Sequence record: SRR16203515_1105
Reading direction: 5' to 3' (one strand)
DNA: 36,183 nucleotides
Part shown: positions 20,676 to 28,556 of the stretch, piece after piece
Layout: every line of letters starts with the position of its first letter
Position numbering within the stretch: position 1 is the first letter of the stretch
Program-made: the position numbers and the translations under genes
Notes under the pieces: generated by a model
Told to the model about the DNA's origin: nothing
What the model saw: only the letters and a program-made list of their open reading frames with translations
Databases searched by the model: none

Positions 20676-21929
20676 CTAGCGACGTTTTCTACGCCCTTTC
20701 GATTTGCCTTTACGCTTGGATTTGTCGTCTGCTTCGAAGTTTCCGTATAAGTCCTCTTCTACGTTAACAACAGGGGGTTTGGGTTTTGGTGCAAAGCCAG
20801 AAATGATATGTTTTTTAAACTGCCGGCCAGTTAAACGCTCAATGGCTCGTAATTGCTTCGACTCATCCTCGCTATATAACGAGATAGCTAAGCCCTTAGC
20901 TGACGCTCTGCCGGTGCGACCAATTCTGTGAATATAGTCTTCAGCCACATAGGGCAAATCCACATTAATCACACATGGCAATTGCTGAATATCAATGCCT
21001 CTTGCGGCAAGGTCGGTGCCAATTAATACTTTTATGCTGCCATTGCGAAAGCCATCTAACGCTAGGGTTCGTGCGTGCTGTGTTCTATTGGCGTGGATAG
21101 ATTCAGCCGCAATGCCAGCGCTTTCCAGTTCATCTCTTAGGCTATCCGCTCCCCGCTTAGTACGGGTAAAAACCAATATTTGCGACCAGTCATTGGTTTC
21201 AAGAAGATGGATAAGCAGCGCGTGTTTTCGTTCCTTATCTACCGGGTGTAATATCTGCGTGATACTTTCGATGTGATCCTGGGCCGTGGCAAGCTCAATC
21301 GTCATAGGCTTACTGAGCATGGTGGTGGCTAAGGCTTTTATTTCTTTTGAAAACGTGGCAGAAAATAGCAGGGTTTGACGCTTTTCAGGCAATAAACTTT
21401 GTATATGATGAATATGCTCAATAAAGCCTAAATCCAACATGCGATCAGCCTCATCTAACACCAGTATTTCAACATGGTCGAAGTTAACCGCCCCTTGTTT
21501 GTATAAATCTATCAAGCGACCTGGTGTGGCGATGAGTATGTCGACCCCTTGCGCCAACTCATATTTTTGCGGCTCAATTCGCACGCCACCAAATACTGCC
21601 GTAGAACGAAGGTTCATATTCTGGCTGTAGTTATCAAGGTTTTTTGCCACTTGTGCAGCAAGCTCTCGCGTGGGAGCAATGATCAAAGCCCTTACACAAT
21701 GGGCTTGAGGGCGCGGCGAGTTTGACAGAAGGTGCAATACCGGTAATGAAAAGCTTGCCGTCTTTCCGGTTCCCGTTTGTGCAATCGCGATAACATCACG
21801 TTGACTCAAAATAGCAGGAATGGCCTCTTGCTGAATGGGAGATGGCTTGATGTAGCCCTTTTCAGTAACGGTATTGATAATTTCTGTGCATAGACCTAAG
21901 GCGCTAAAGGACATACGGGGGACGCTCAC
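20676..21929 (-). CDS. DEAD-box RNA helicase (RhlE-like)
   Basis: Q motif, AQTGTGKT, PTRELAAQ, TPGRL, DEAD, SAT, ARGIDI and HRIGRTGRA; basic tail KRKGKSKGRRKRR. Confidence 0.93.
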   Translation of the reverse strand: MSVPRMSFSALGLCTEIINTVTEKGYIKPSPIQQEAIPAILSQRDVIAIAQTGTGKTASFSLPVLHLLSNSPRPQAHCVRALIIAPTRELAAQVAKNLDNYSQNMNLRSTAVFGGVRIEPQKYELAQGVDILIATPGRLIDLYKQGAVNFDHVEILVLDEADRMLDLGFIEHIHHIQSLLPEKRQTLLFSATFSKEIKALATTMLSKPMTIELATAQDHIESITQILHPVDKERKHALLIHLLETNDWSQILVFTRTKRGADSLRDELESAGIAAESIHANRTQHARTLALDGFRNGSIKVLIGTDLAARGIDIQQLPCVINVDLPYVAEDYIHRIGRTGRASAKGLAISLYSEDESKQLRAIERLTGRQFKKHIISGFAPKPKPPVVNVEEDLYGNFEADDKSKRKGKSKGRRKRR

Positions 21930-22068
21930 AACTCATTAAAATTGGCCACATAATACGTGCTGTGGTGAAATTTGTGCGACTATTTATCGGCTTTCTGCAC
22001 ATCACACTATTCGCTTTATCGAGGCCCACTGTGAAGTGCAATAAGCCACTGATTTTACAGGCCTAGTG

Positions 22069-22749
22069 TTAACTAGGCTTTCTCGCTAAGAATATGGTGT
22101 GTTTACTGCCTTTTCCTTTGCGTGCTCTGGCAATGCGAGTGGAAACCTCGTAGCCCGCTTGTTTTAGGCGAACAGAAAACAGGTAATCTGGCCCCGCTGA
22201 CCATATAGCAAGCATACCTTTAGGGTTAAGCACCTTATAAATATCTTGTAAGCCCTCGAGAGAATAAATCCAATTATTGTCAGAATGGGTTAAGCCTTCA
22301 GGCCCATTATCCACATCGAGTAATATAGCGTCGTAGGTGAGTGTTTTCGTATTTAAAAGGTGTTTTACATCACCTACTTTGACATTGGTTCTAGGGTCTT
22401 GAAGGGGGTTTTTAGCGCAATCACCTAATGGCCCTTTGTTCCACTCCACCACTTCAGGAATTAACTCAGCCACCGTGACTTGCGAGCTTGCTGTTACTTC
22501 CTTGAGGGCCGCGGCAAGGGTGTATCCCATGCCTAATCCACCCACTAGAACGTGTGCATTAGGCGTGTTTTTAAGGTGAGCACAGCCCATTTGTGACAGT
22601 TCTTTCTCTGAGTTGTATACACGACTATTCATCAGCTCGCCACGAATACCACTAAGCCGAATACTGAACTCGTTATCTCGCTGAGAAAAGGTTAACTCAC
22701 CACCATTGTTTGGAATTTGAGCCGTGCCCAATTTTACCCATGGAACCAT
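22069..22749 (-). CDS. Spermidine-synthase-like SAM-dependent methyltransferase fold protein
   Basis: ELMNSR, VLVGGLGMGYT (SAM-binding loop) and YDAILLDVDNGP. Start taken at ATG 22749 (MVPW). Confidence 0.8.
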   Translation of the reverse strand: MVPWVKLGTAQIPNNGGELTFSQRDNEFSIRLSGIRGELMNSRVYNSEKELSQMGCAHLKNTPNAHVLVGGLGMGYTLAAALKEVTASSQVTVAELIPEVVEWNKGPLGDCAKNPLQDPRTNVKVGDVKHLLNTKTLTYDAILLDVDNGPEGLTHSDNNWIYSLEGLQDIYKVLNPKGMLAIWSAGPDYLFSVRLKQAGYEVSTRIARARKGKGSKHTIFLARKPS

Positions 22750-22894
22750 CTGAAGGCTTACCCTATGTTGATACACTGCGTAACAGTGACTGTTGGTTTA
22801 AACTAAATGTCGGCGCGCAGGGTAGCACATTTGCCCCGCTATGATGGGCTCAACCTTCATTAGCGCTAAAAGTACCCTGCCCCATTATTGTTGG

Positions 22895-23581
22895 TTAGTC
22901 GGCAGCGAGTATCTCAGGTTCGCTTAAGGCTTCGCCGCCTTTAAAAGTTTTAACCTTGGTGACCTTTAGAGGGGTGTGAATTTTTGGCTGCTCCAATTCA
23001 GATAGCACAATCGGATCGGCAGCGCCGCCATTTAGCCAAGCATCGACGAACGCTTTATCGTGAGGAAGAAAGCATGGAATGGACTTGCTGTGATACTGAC
23101 TAAAGCGCTCATGGGGTGGTCGTGTGATAACCGCCGTAGCATAGAGGCCATTATCAAATTCGCGGTAGACAGCGCCAATTAACAGTGCCTTTTCGCTCTC
23201 CATAAGGTAGTGGGCATTGCGACTACCCTCTTTATTCGACTCTCCAACGGCGGTGGCCACCACCAGCGCGCGACGATAGCCTATAGCGTGCTTCCAAAAA
23301 GGGCTCTCGAGATTACGCGCATTGAAGGTGGTTCTATCGCCTACCGCTAAGGTGTCGTCTACCGCTTTACAATCGAACCACCAGGTCGCATTAACCGTTG
23401 TTTTTGACGATATGATCAGGTTGGTTATCCTGCGACTAGGGTTTTTCCCAAACGCCGGGTAAAAGTTAAGCACGCCTTGCCCTTCACCCTTAAAGGTATT
23501 GGTTAATTGGCCAAGACCAATTTGCTCTATAAGATCGATAACTGCTGGTGAGTCAGTAACCCGTTGAATAAATCCACACAT
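22895..23581 (-). CDS. SOS response-associated peptidase (SRAP/YedK/HMCES-like), divergent
   Basis: N-terminal MCG (catalytic Cys2), FNAR, conserved Glu (AVGES) and His (YHSKSIP). Confidence 0.8.
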   Translation of the reverse strand: MCGFIQRVTDSPAVIDLIEQIGLGQLTNTFKGEGQGVLNFYPAFGKNPSRRITNLIISSKTTVNATWWFDCKAVDDTLAVGDRTTFNARNLESPFWKHAIGYRRALVVATAVGESNKEGSRNAHYLMESEKALLIGAVYREFDNGLYATAVITRPPHERFSQYHSKSIPCFLPHDKAFVDAWLNGGAADPIVLSELEQPKIHTPLKVTKVKTFKGGEALSEPEILAAD

Positions 23582-23699
23582 CCGTTTTACCTAGGTTGTT
23601 GTGCTTTACCATATATACCATAGCCACACCTTAAGGGATCCACACTAATAGATGTATGGACTGCGCCACCATAGCCATTGCCTGCCTGTACGACTAGCA

Positions 23700-23737
23700 T
23701 TAGTTAAATTGACCACGCCAATTGTCAAAAAAACTAA
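23700..23737. promoter_or_regulatory. Paired bEBP enhancer sites (PspF-like)
   Basis: TTAGTTAAATTGACCAC (23700-23716) and ATTGTCAAAAAAACTAA (23721-23737): 17-mer imperfect palindromes of TTAGT-N7-ACTAA type, 21 bp apart. A third half-match, TTAGTAAATGCTCTAA, lies at 23741-23756. Confidence 0.45.
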
Positions 23738-23803
23738 ATTTTAGTAAATGCTCTAAGGTGCGTTTTTACCAAAACCAAGCAAGAACATAAAATTATCCAT
23801 CTA

Positions 23804-23848
23804 AATCAATAGCATAAGCTTGGTTGAAAAAGTGGCACATCCCTCGCT
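23804..23848 (+). promoter_or_regulatory. IHF-like site plus sigma54 promoter
   Basis: AATCAATAGCATA (23804-23816; one mismatch to the IHF consensus) and TGGCAC-ATCCC-TCGCT (23833-23848) with correctly spaced GG/GC. Confidence 0.65.
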
Positions 23849-23968
23849 ATGTATAAGCATACTCAGCAACAACGGTAACAACACCTAACGCCGTAATGAG
23901 TCAGAAATAATAACTGCAACGCAGTAGTAAAGAATGCAGTTTACACATTTAAATTCAAGGAGATGATT

Positions 23969-24268
23969 ATGTTTACTATTCGCAAACCCTTTACTTTGCT
24001 TGCTATCGCTGCGCTGTCTGCTACTGCCCTATTCGCACCAGCCACCATGGCCGATGAACAAGTTGACAATTTAACGCAGTACACAGATTTGTTAGTTAAA
24101 AGCGCTGCACATGAAGTGAAACAAACCATGGCGCTAGAGGTCACTTATGATGTCTTAACCGCAAGTCATCAGTTTGCACCTAACGCCGAAGGTAGCCGCA
24201 CCCTACTTGCAGAAATTACCATTACGCCTATCACGCCAACCGTGAGCGCTAATGACAACGACGCGTGA
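23969..24268 (+). CDS. Small secreted hypothetical protein (99 aa)
   Basis: AAGGAG SD at 23957-23962 favours ATG 23969. Sec signal peptide MFTIRKPFTLLAIAALSATALFAPATMA|DE, then an acidic, probably helical mature part. Confidence 0.75.
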   Translation: MFTIRKPFTLLAIAALSATALFAPATMADEQVDNLTQYTDLLVKSAAHEVKQTMALEVTYDVLTASHQFAPNAEGSRTLLAEITITPITPTVSANDNDA

Positions 24269-24277
24269 GGTGAGCCC

Positions 24278-24385
24278 ATGTTGACTACAAGTGCATTATT
24301 GATGTTGGTATTAGGGCCGGTGTTCGCGTTTGCACTTAGCGCAGTGGTGTTTTCAACCCTACGCTACCTGCTCAACCACTCATAG
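24278..24385 (+). CDS. Unannotated 35-aa single-TM peptide
   Basis: MLTTSALLMLVLGPVFAFALSAVVFSTLRYLLNHS*. The GAGGTG SD overlaps the upstream TGA stop. Confidence 0.6.
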   Translation: MLTTSALLMLVLGPVFAFALSAVVFSTLRYLLNHS

Positions 24386-24419
24386 CCTGTTTGTTCCTAG
24401 CCTACTCCCTGGGCCTTCA

Positions 24420-24483
24420 CTCCAAAAGGGTGATAGAAAGACTCGTACACTCAGTTTTTCTATCACCTTGCTGGAGATTTTTT
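24420..24483 (+). terminator. Long hairpin / terminator between the small operon and convergent mrcB
   Basis: CTCCA..GGTGATAGAAA-(loop)-TTTCTATCACC..TGGAG followed by ATTTTTT. Confidence 0.6.
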
Positions 24484-26812
24484 AGCCAAACCAGCGTTCC
24501 CACCAGCTTTTTTTGTCCTTTTCACTTTGTGGCGACGATGAACGCACTGGTCTACCTGCACAGTCTTGTTGCGGCGGTGGTAACACATCAAGTATCGCTG
24601 GCACACTCATACTTCCCGCACATCCTGGCACTACCACAGCGCCGGTTTTTGCGTCAAAGTGGGCAATGCCTAAGCCTTCAGGGAAACGTCGTGACAATGA
24701 CTTAGGTGACTGAGATTTCATGTAATTGAGAAAGACGGGTAATGCCCCCGATGCGCCGGTTAACCCCACAGGTTGATTATCGTCGTTACCCACCCAAACG
24801 GTGACAACATTGTTTCTATCAAAGCCACTAAACCAGCTATCGCGATAATCATCTGTGGTGCCAGTTTTCCCTGCCATGTTGGTGTTACCAAAATTAGCGC
24901 CAATACGTTTTGCCGTACCCTCGGTGGTTACTTTATACAATGCGTAGTTCAGTAGGTAGGTGGCGGCTTCATCAGTGCGCTGTGCGTAAAACTCGGCCTT
25001 TTTCCATAACAAGGCATTTTCAGCGGTCACAACCGCCGACACAGTATGCAATGGAATATAACGACCGCCATTCGACAACGTTTGATACATCTGGTTAGTG
25101 GTAAAAGGCGTCAGCTCAAAGGCACCTAAGGTAAGCGAAGGCACCTTATCAACCTTTTCATTTACTCCTAAGCGCGCCAAGGTATCGGCGATGGCATCCA
25201 AACCAATTTGCATACCTAAGTTTACCGTTGGCACATTCAATGACTCTGTAAGCCCTTGTAGAAGAGGAACTTGGCCACGGAAGGTTTTATCATAATTTTG
25301 TGGCGACCAGTCTTGGCCGTTTTTACTTTCTAGCGTAATGGGCTCATCTTCTAACGGCGTGGCAAGATTGAACGCGGTGGGATCTTCCAGTGCAGTTAGA
25401 TACACCGCGGGTTTCACCAAAGAGCCAATGGGCCGCTTCGCATCTAACGCGCGGTTGAACCCTTTAAAGGAAACATTTTTGCCCCCTACTATGGCTCTCA
25501 CTTCGCCTTTGTGGCTGTCAGTCACCACCATGGCCGCTTCAAGCGGCACCGTGCGGTTATTCTGAAGCGCCGATACCGTGCTGGATAAGGCTTTTTCTGC
25601 TCGCCGTTGTGCCACAATATCCAGGGTAGTAAACACCTTTACCCCAGAGTCTTGTAAAGTGGGATCGGCCAGTATTTCTTTCAACTCACGCCTTACCTGC
25701 TCCATAAATGCCGGATGTTTTCCGCTGGCGAGACTTGCGCCTGACGCCAAGCCTAATGGCAGGTTGATATAGCGTTCATACTCATCTCTACCAATTTCGT
25801 TTTCATCAAACAACATGCGTAATACGAGATCCCGACGCTCTTTTACACGTTCAGGGTTACGTCTGGGGTTGTAGTAAGAAGGCCCCTTTATCATGGCAAC
25901 TAAGGTGGCTATTTCCGGTACGCTTAGCTCATTTGCTGGGCGATCAAAGTAAAAGTAACTGGCTAATCCAAACCCATGTACCGCCATATCACCATTTTGG
26001 CCAAGAAACACTTCGTTTAAGTAGGCTTCAAGTATTTCTGACTTGCTATACCTTGCATCTATGATCACCGCCATTATGGCTTCTTTCGCCTTACGCACTA
26101 TTGAGCGTTCTCGGGTAAGAAACATATTCTTAACCAGTTGCTGGGTTAAGGTACTGCCCCCTTGTACGGTTCGTCCTGCGGCAATGTTTGCCATTAGCGC
26201 CCGTAAAATTGACAGTGGTGCCACACCATGGTGGTGATAAAAATTCCTATCTTCTACCAAGGTAAGTGCTTTAGGTAACATCTCAGGGGTGGTATCTAGG
26301 CTAACCAACATACGATCTTCACGACTGCCGCTGACCATACGGGTAACTAACCAAGGCTCTAATTTAATGGTGCCGAAGGGACGACCTTGCGTGAGATCTT
26401 GAATACTCTTGATTCTGCTTCCCTGCCAGGTGATCATCAAGTGACGTAAGGGCTCTGCGCCTTCTGGAAACTGAAATGCTCGGCGTTGAATTTCAAGCAC
26501 CTTATTGCCGTAGCTGTATTCACCACTGCTATCGGCCTTAGTCACCTTTCGATAACCTAATAATGACAGCTCGTCGATAACTTCTTGTACGGTAATTTCT
26601 TCCCCTTTACTAAGCGTGAGAGGACGAGCAAATATTTGCGCTGGTACTTCCCACTTATTGCCAGAGAAGCCGTGTTTAATTTGGGCATCTAGATAAAAGG
26701 CGTAGGCGCCCAAAATCACTAGGCCAACGAGAAGAAATCGCCAGAAAAATTTAACTAACCAAGAAGACTTTTTTTCAGATTTGGGTTTCTGTTTTGCCAC
26801 GTAAGATGCCAT
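24482..26812 (-). CDS. mrcB: Penicillin-binding protein 1B (bifunctional transglycosylase/transpeptidase)
   Basis: TM anchor, UB2H-like region, TG motifs EDRNF and GGSTLTQQLVKN, TP motifs SLVK, SLN and KTGT. Confidence 0.95.
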   Translation of the reverse strand: MASYVAKQKPKSEKKSSWLVKFFWRFLLVGLVILGAYAFYLDAQIKHGFSGNKWEVPAQIFARPLTLSKGEEITVQEVIDELSLLGYRKVTKADSSGEYSYGNKVLEIQRRAFQFPEGAEPLRHLMITWQGSRIKSIQDLTQGRPFGTIKLEPWLVTRMVSGSREDRMLVSLDTTPEMLPKALTLVEDRNFYHHHGVAPLSILRALMANIAAGRTVQGGSTLTQQLVKNMFLTRERSIVRKAKEAIMAVIIDARYSKSEILEAYLNEVFLGQNGDMAVHGFGLASYFYFDRPANELSVPEIATLVAMIKGPSYYNPRRNPERVKERRDLVLRMLFDENEIGRDEYERYINLPLGLASGASLASGKHPAFMEQVRRELKEILADPTLQDSGVKVFTTLDIVAQRRAEKALSSTVSALQNNRTVPLEAAMVVTDSHKGEVRAIVGGKNVSFKGFNRALDAKRPIGSLVKPAVYLTALEDPTAFNLATPLEDEPITLESKNGQDWSPQNYDKTFRGQVPLLQGLTESLNVPTVNLGMQIGLDAIADTLARLGVNEKVDKVPSLTLGAFELTPFTTNQMYQTLSNGGRYIPLHTVSAVVTAENALLWKKAEFYAQRTDEAATYLLNYALYKVTTEGTAKRIGANFGNTNMAGKTGTTDDYRDSWFSGFDRNNVVTVWVGNDDNQPVGLTGASGALPVFLNYMKSQSPKSLSRRFPEGLGIAHFDAKTGAVVVPGCAGSMSVPAILDVLPPPQQDCAGRPVRSSSPQSEKDKKSWWERWFG

Positions 26813-26999
26813 TTTGAGATTGCGAATTTGATACCTGCCGAGGCGAGCGTAAAACGTGCATTGCCTGGCTCCTTTGGTCTGCGAAGACTATCACTGCTTA
26901 ACAGCGTCAACAACGAGAAAAACTCCCCTGTTGCTAGCGAACGATATAGGCGTTTGCGCCGTACCCTACTATACCTCGATTATTTAAGGAGATCCGCTA

Positions 27000-27206
27000 A
27001 TGTCTTCAGATTCTACCCCTCACACCATTGCTAACATGGAAGGGCTTAAGTCTGCTATCGTCAACGGGGAAAGCGACCGTGTCGCCGAGCTGCTTGGTGA
27101 CCAAACCCTGGATAAATTGCAAAAGAGTTATTTAGTTGAACTGGCTGAACTCAACGGTAACCCCAGTGTTACCCGTATTATTAAGCAAGCACCTAGTAGC
27201 GATTGA
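27000..27206 (+). CDS. Small hypothetical protein (68 aa), ankyrin-like
   Basis: Strong SD AAGGAG at 26986-26991. Two LxxAxxNG-type helix-turn-helix units. Confidence 0.65.
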   Translation: MSSDSTPHTIANMEGLKSAIVNGESDRVAELLGDQTLDKLQKSYLVELAELNGNPSVTRIIKQAPSSD

Positions 27207-27277
27207 GCGGCGAATTTTTCTCGCGTTGTGCAGTCACAATGCGATAGCATAAGCCTAGGCTACATAGGAAAATAGTT

Positions 27278-28489
27278 ATGCGCTTAAAGAGTAAAGGTAG
27301 ACAGTGGCTCACTGCGCTATCGTTGTTAACGGCTGGGCAGGTAGCAGCATCTGACAACTTTTCAGTCTGCACTGCGCAGCTTGCAGATAAAGCATTGGCG
27401 CAAGGCGTCAGTCAGGAAACGGTGGATGCCATCTTTCCTACCCTTGAGTATCAAGCCAGAGTCATAGAGCTTGACCGTTCTCAGCCTGAATTTGTGCAAA
27501 CCTTTCCCGGTTACTTTAGCAAGCGGGTGACCGACTGGCGTACCGATAAAGGTAAAGAGATGTACGCGAAGCACAAAGATTTGCTGCACGCGTTACATGA
27601 CAAATATGGCATTCCTCCACACTATTTACTGGCCTTTTGGGGGCTGGAAACCAACTTTGGTAGCTATAAGGGTAAAATGCCGGTTCTCGACTCTCTGGCA
27701 ACCCTCGCCTGCGATCCCCGACGAAGTAAATATTTCACGCAGGAATTATTAGTGGCGGTAAAACTCTTCGAGCGAGAGTCTCTCAGCAAAGATGAAATGG
27801 TAGGCTCGTGGGCTGGTGCGATGGGCCATACCCAGTTTATGCCCTCGGCATATACCCATTACGCGGTGGATGGCGACAACGATGGGCAAATAAACCTATG
27901 GAACAGTGAAGAAGATGCCTTAACCTCGGCAGCTAACTTTCTTAACAGTCTTGGCTGGAAGGCGGGTTTCCGCTGGGGCCGAGAAGTTACCTTGCCGGCA
28001 AACTTTGATTTTCAACTGTCTGGGTATAAAAATCGCCGTAGTATAGGTGAGTGGAACGAATTAGGCGTAAGCAAAGTAGATGGTAGTCCGCTAGGTGAAG
28101 CTGACACTACGGCCTATGTGATTGTGCCGGCCGGCCATGCTGGGCCTGCCTTTATCGCTTACCCTAACTTTCGCGTGATCATGCGTTGGAATAACTCTGA
28201 ATTCTACGCGATTGCGGTAGGCGTTTTGGCTGACAGAATTGCCGGCGCATCCGGTATTAAAGCCCCCCTTCCCGACTTACCTGCCTACAGCAGAGCGGAT
28301 ATTATTGCCTTACAACGTAAGCTTAATGACTTAGGGTACGATGTAGGTACGCCTGATGGCATTATCGGCCCCGCGACGCGACAAGGCATTCGAAACTATC
28401 AAATTGCCAATCAGATGATTGCCGATGGATTCCCTAGCTTAGCAGTGATGGCGGCACTTAAGGTCACCCCTTCGCAAACCACCAGCTAG
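27278..28489 (+). CDS. Lytic murein transglycosylase (SLT_2/MltB family) with C-terminal peptidoglycan-binding domain
   Basis: Signal peptide, WGLETNFG (catalytic Glu), GSWAGAMGHTQFMPS, EF-hand-like DGDNDG, and LQRKLNDLGYDVGTPDGIIGPATR. Confidence 0.92.
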   Translation: MRLKSKGRQWLTALSLLTAGQVAASDNFSVCTAQLADKALAQGVSQETVDAIFPTLEYQARVIELDRSQPEFVQTFPGYFSKRVTDWRTDKGKEMYAKHKDLLHALHDKYGIPPHYLLAFWGLETNFGSYKGKMPVLDSLATLACDPRRSKYFTQELLVAVKLFERESLSKDEMVGSWAGAMGHTQFMPSAYTHYAVDGDNDGQINLWNSEEDALTSAANFLNSLGWKAGFRWGREVTLPANFDFQLSGYKNRRSIGEWNELGVSKVDGSPLGEADTTAYVIVPAGHAGPAFIAYPNFRVIMRWNNSEFYAIAVGVLADRIAGASGIKAPLPDLPAYSRADIIALQRKLNDLGYDVGTPDGIIGPATRQGIRNYQIANQMIADGFPSLAVMAALKVTPSQTTS

Positions 28490-28500
28490 GGTCATTACGC

Positions 28501-28525
28501 AGGCATACATAACCTATGTATGCCT
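28501..28525. terminator. Hairpin between convergent transglycosylase and hrpB
   Basis: AGGCATACAT-AACCT-ATGTATGCCT inverted repeat; no clear U tract. Confidence 0.45.
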
Positions 28526-28528
28526 GTC

Positions 28529-28556
28529 ACCTCATCAGTTTAACCTCATCAGTTTA
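28529..28556. repeat. Perfect 14-bp tandem duplication
   Basis: ACCTCATCAGTTTA x2; the second copy contains the hrpB stop codon. Confidence 0.85.

Noticed and set aside
21984-21991. Minus-strand GCCGATAA upstream of the DEAD-box gene as a sigma28 promoter
   Set aside because: No TAAA at the required spacing.
23582-23700. LexA box upstream of SRAP
   Set aside because: TATATA core present but no CTG/CAG ends.
24391-24705. 104-aa plus-strand ORF
   Set aside because: TTG start; runs through the hairpin and antisense into mrcB.
26828-27034. 68-aa ORF upstream of the ankyrin-like gene
   Set aside because: TTG start with no SD; spans the mrcB promoter region and overlaps a better ORF.
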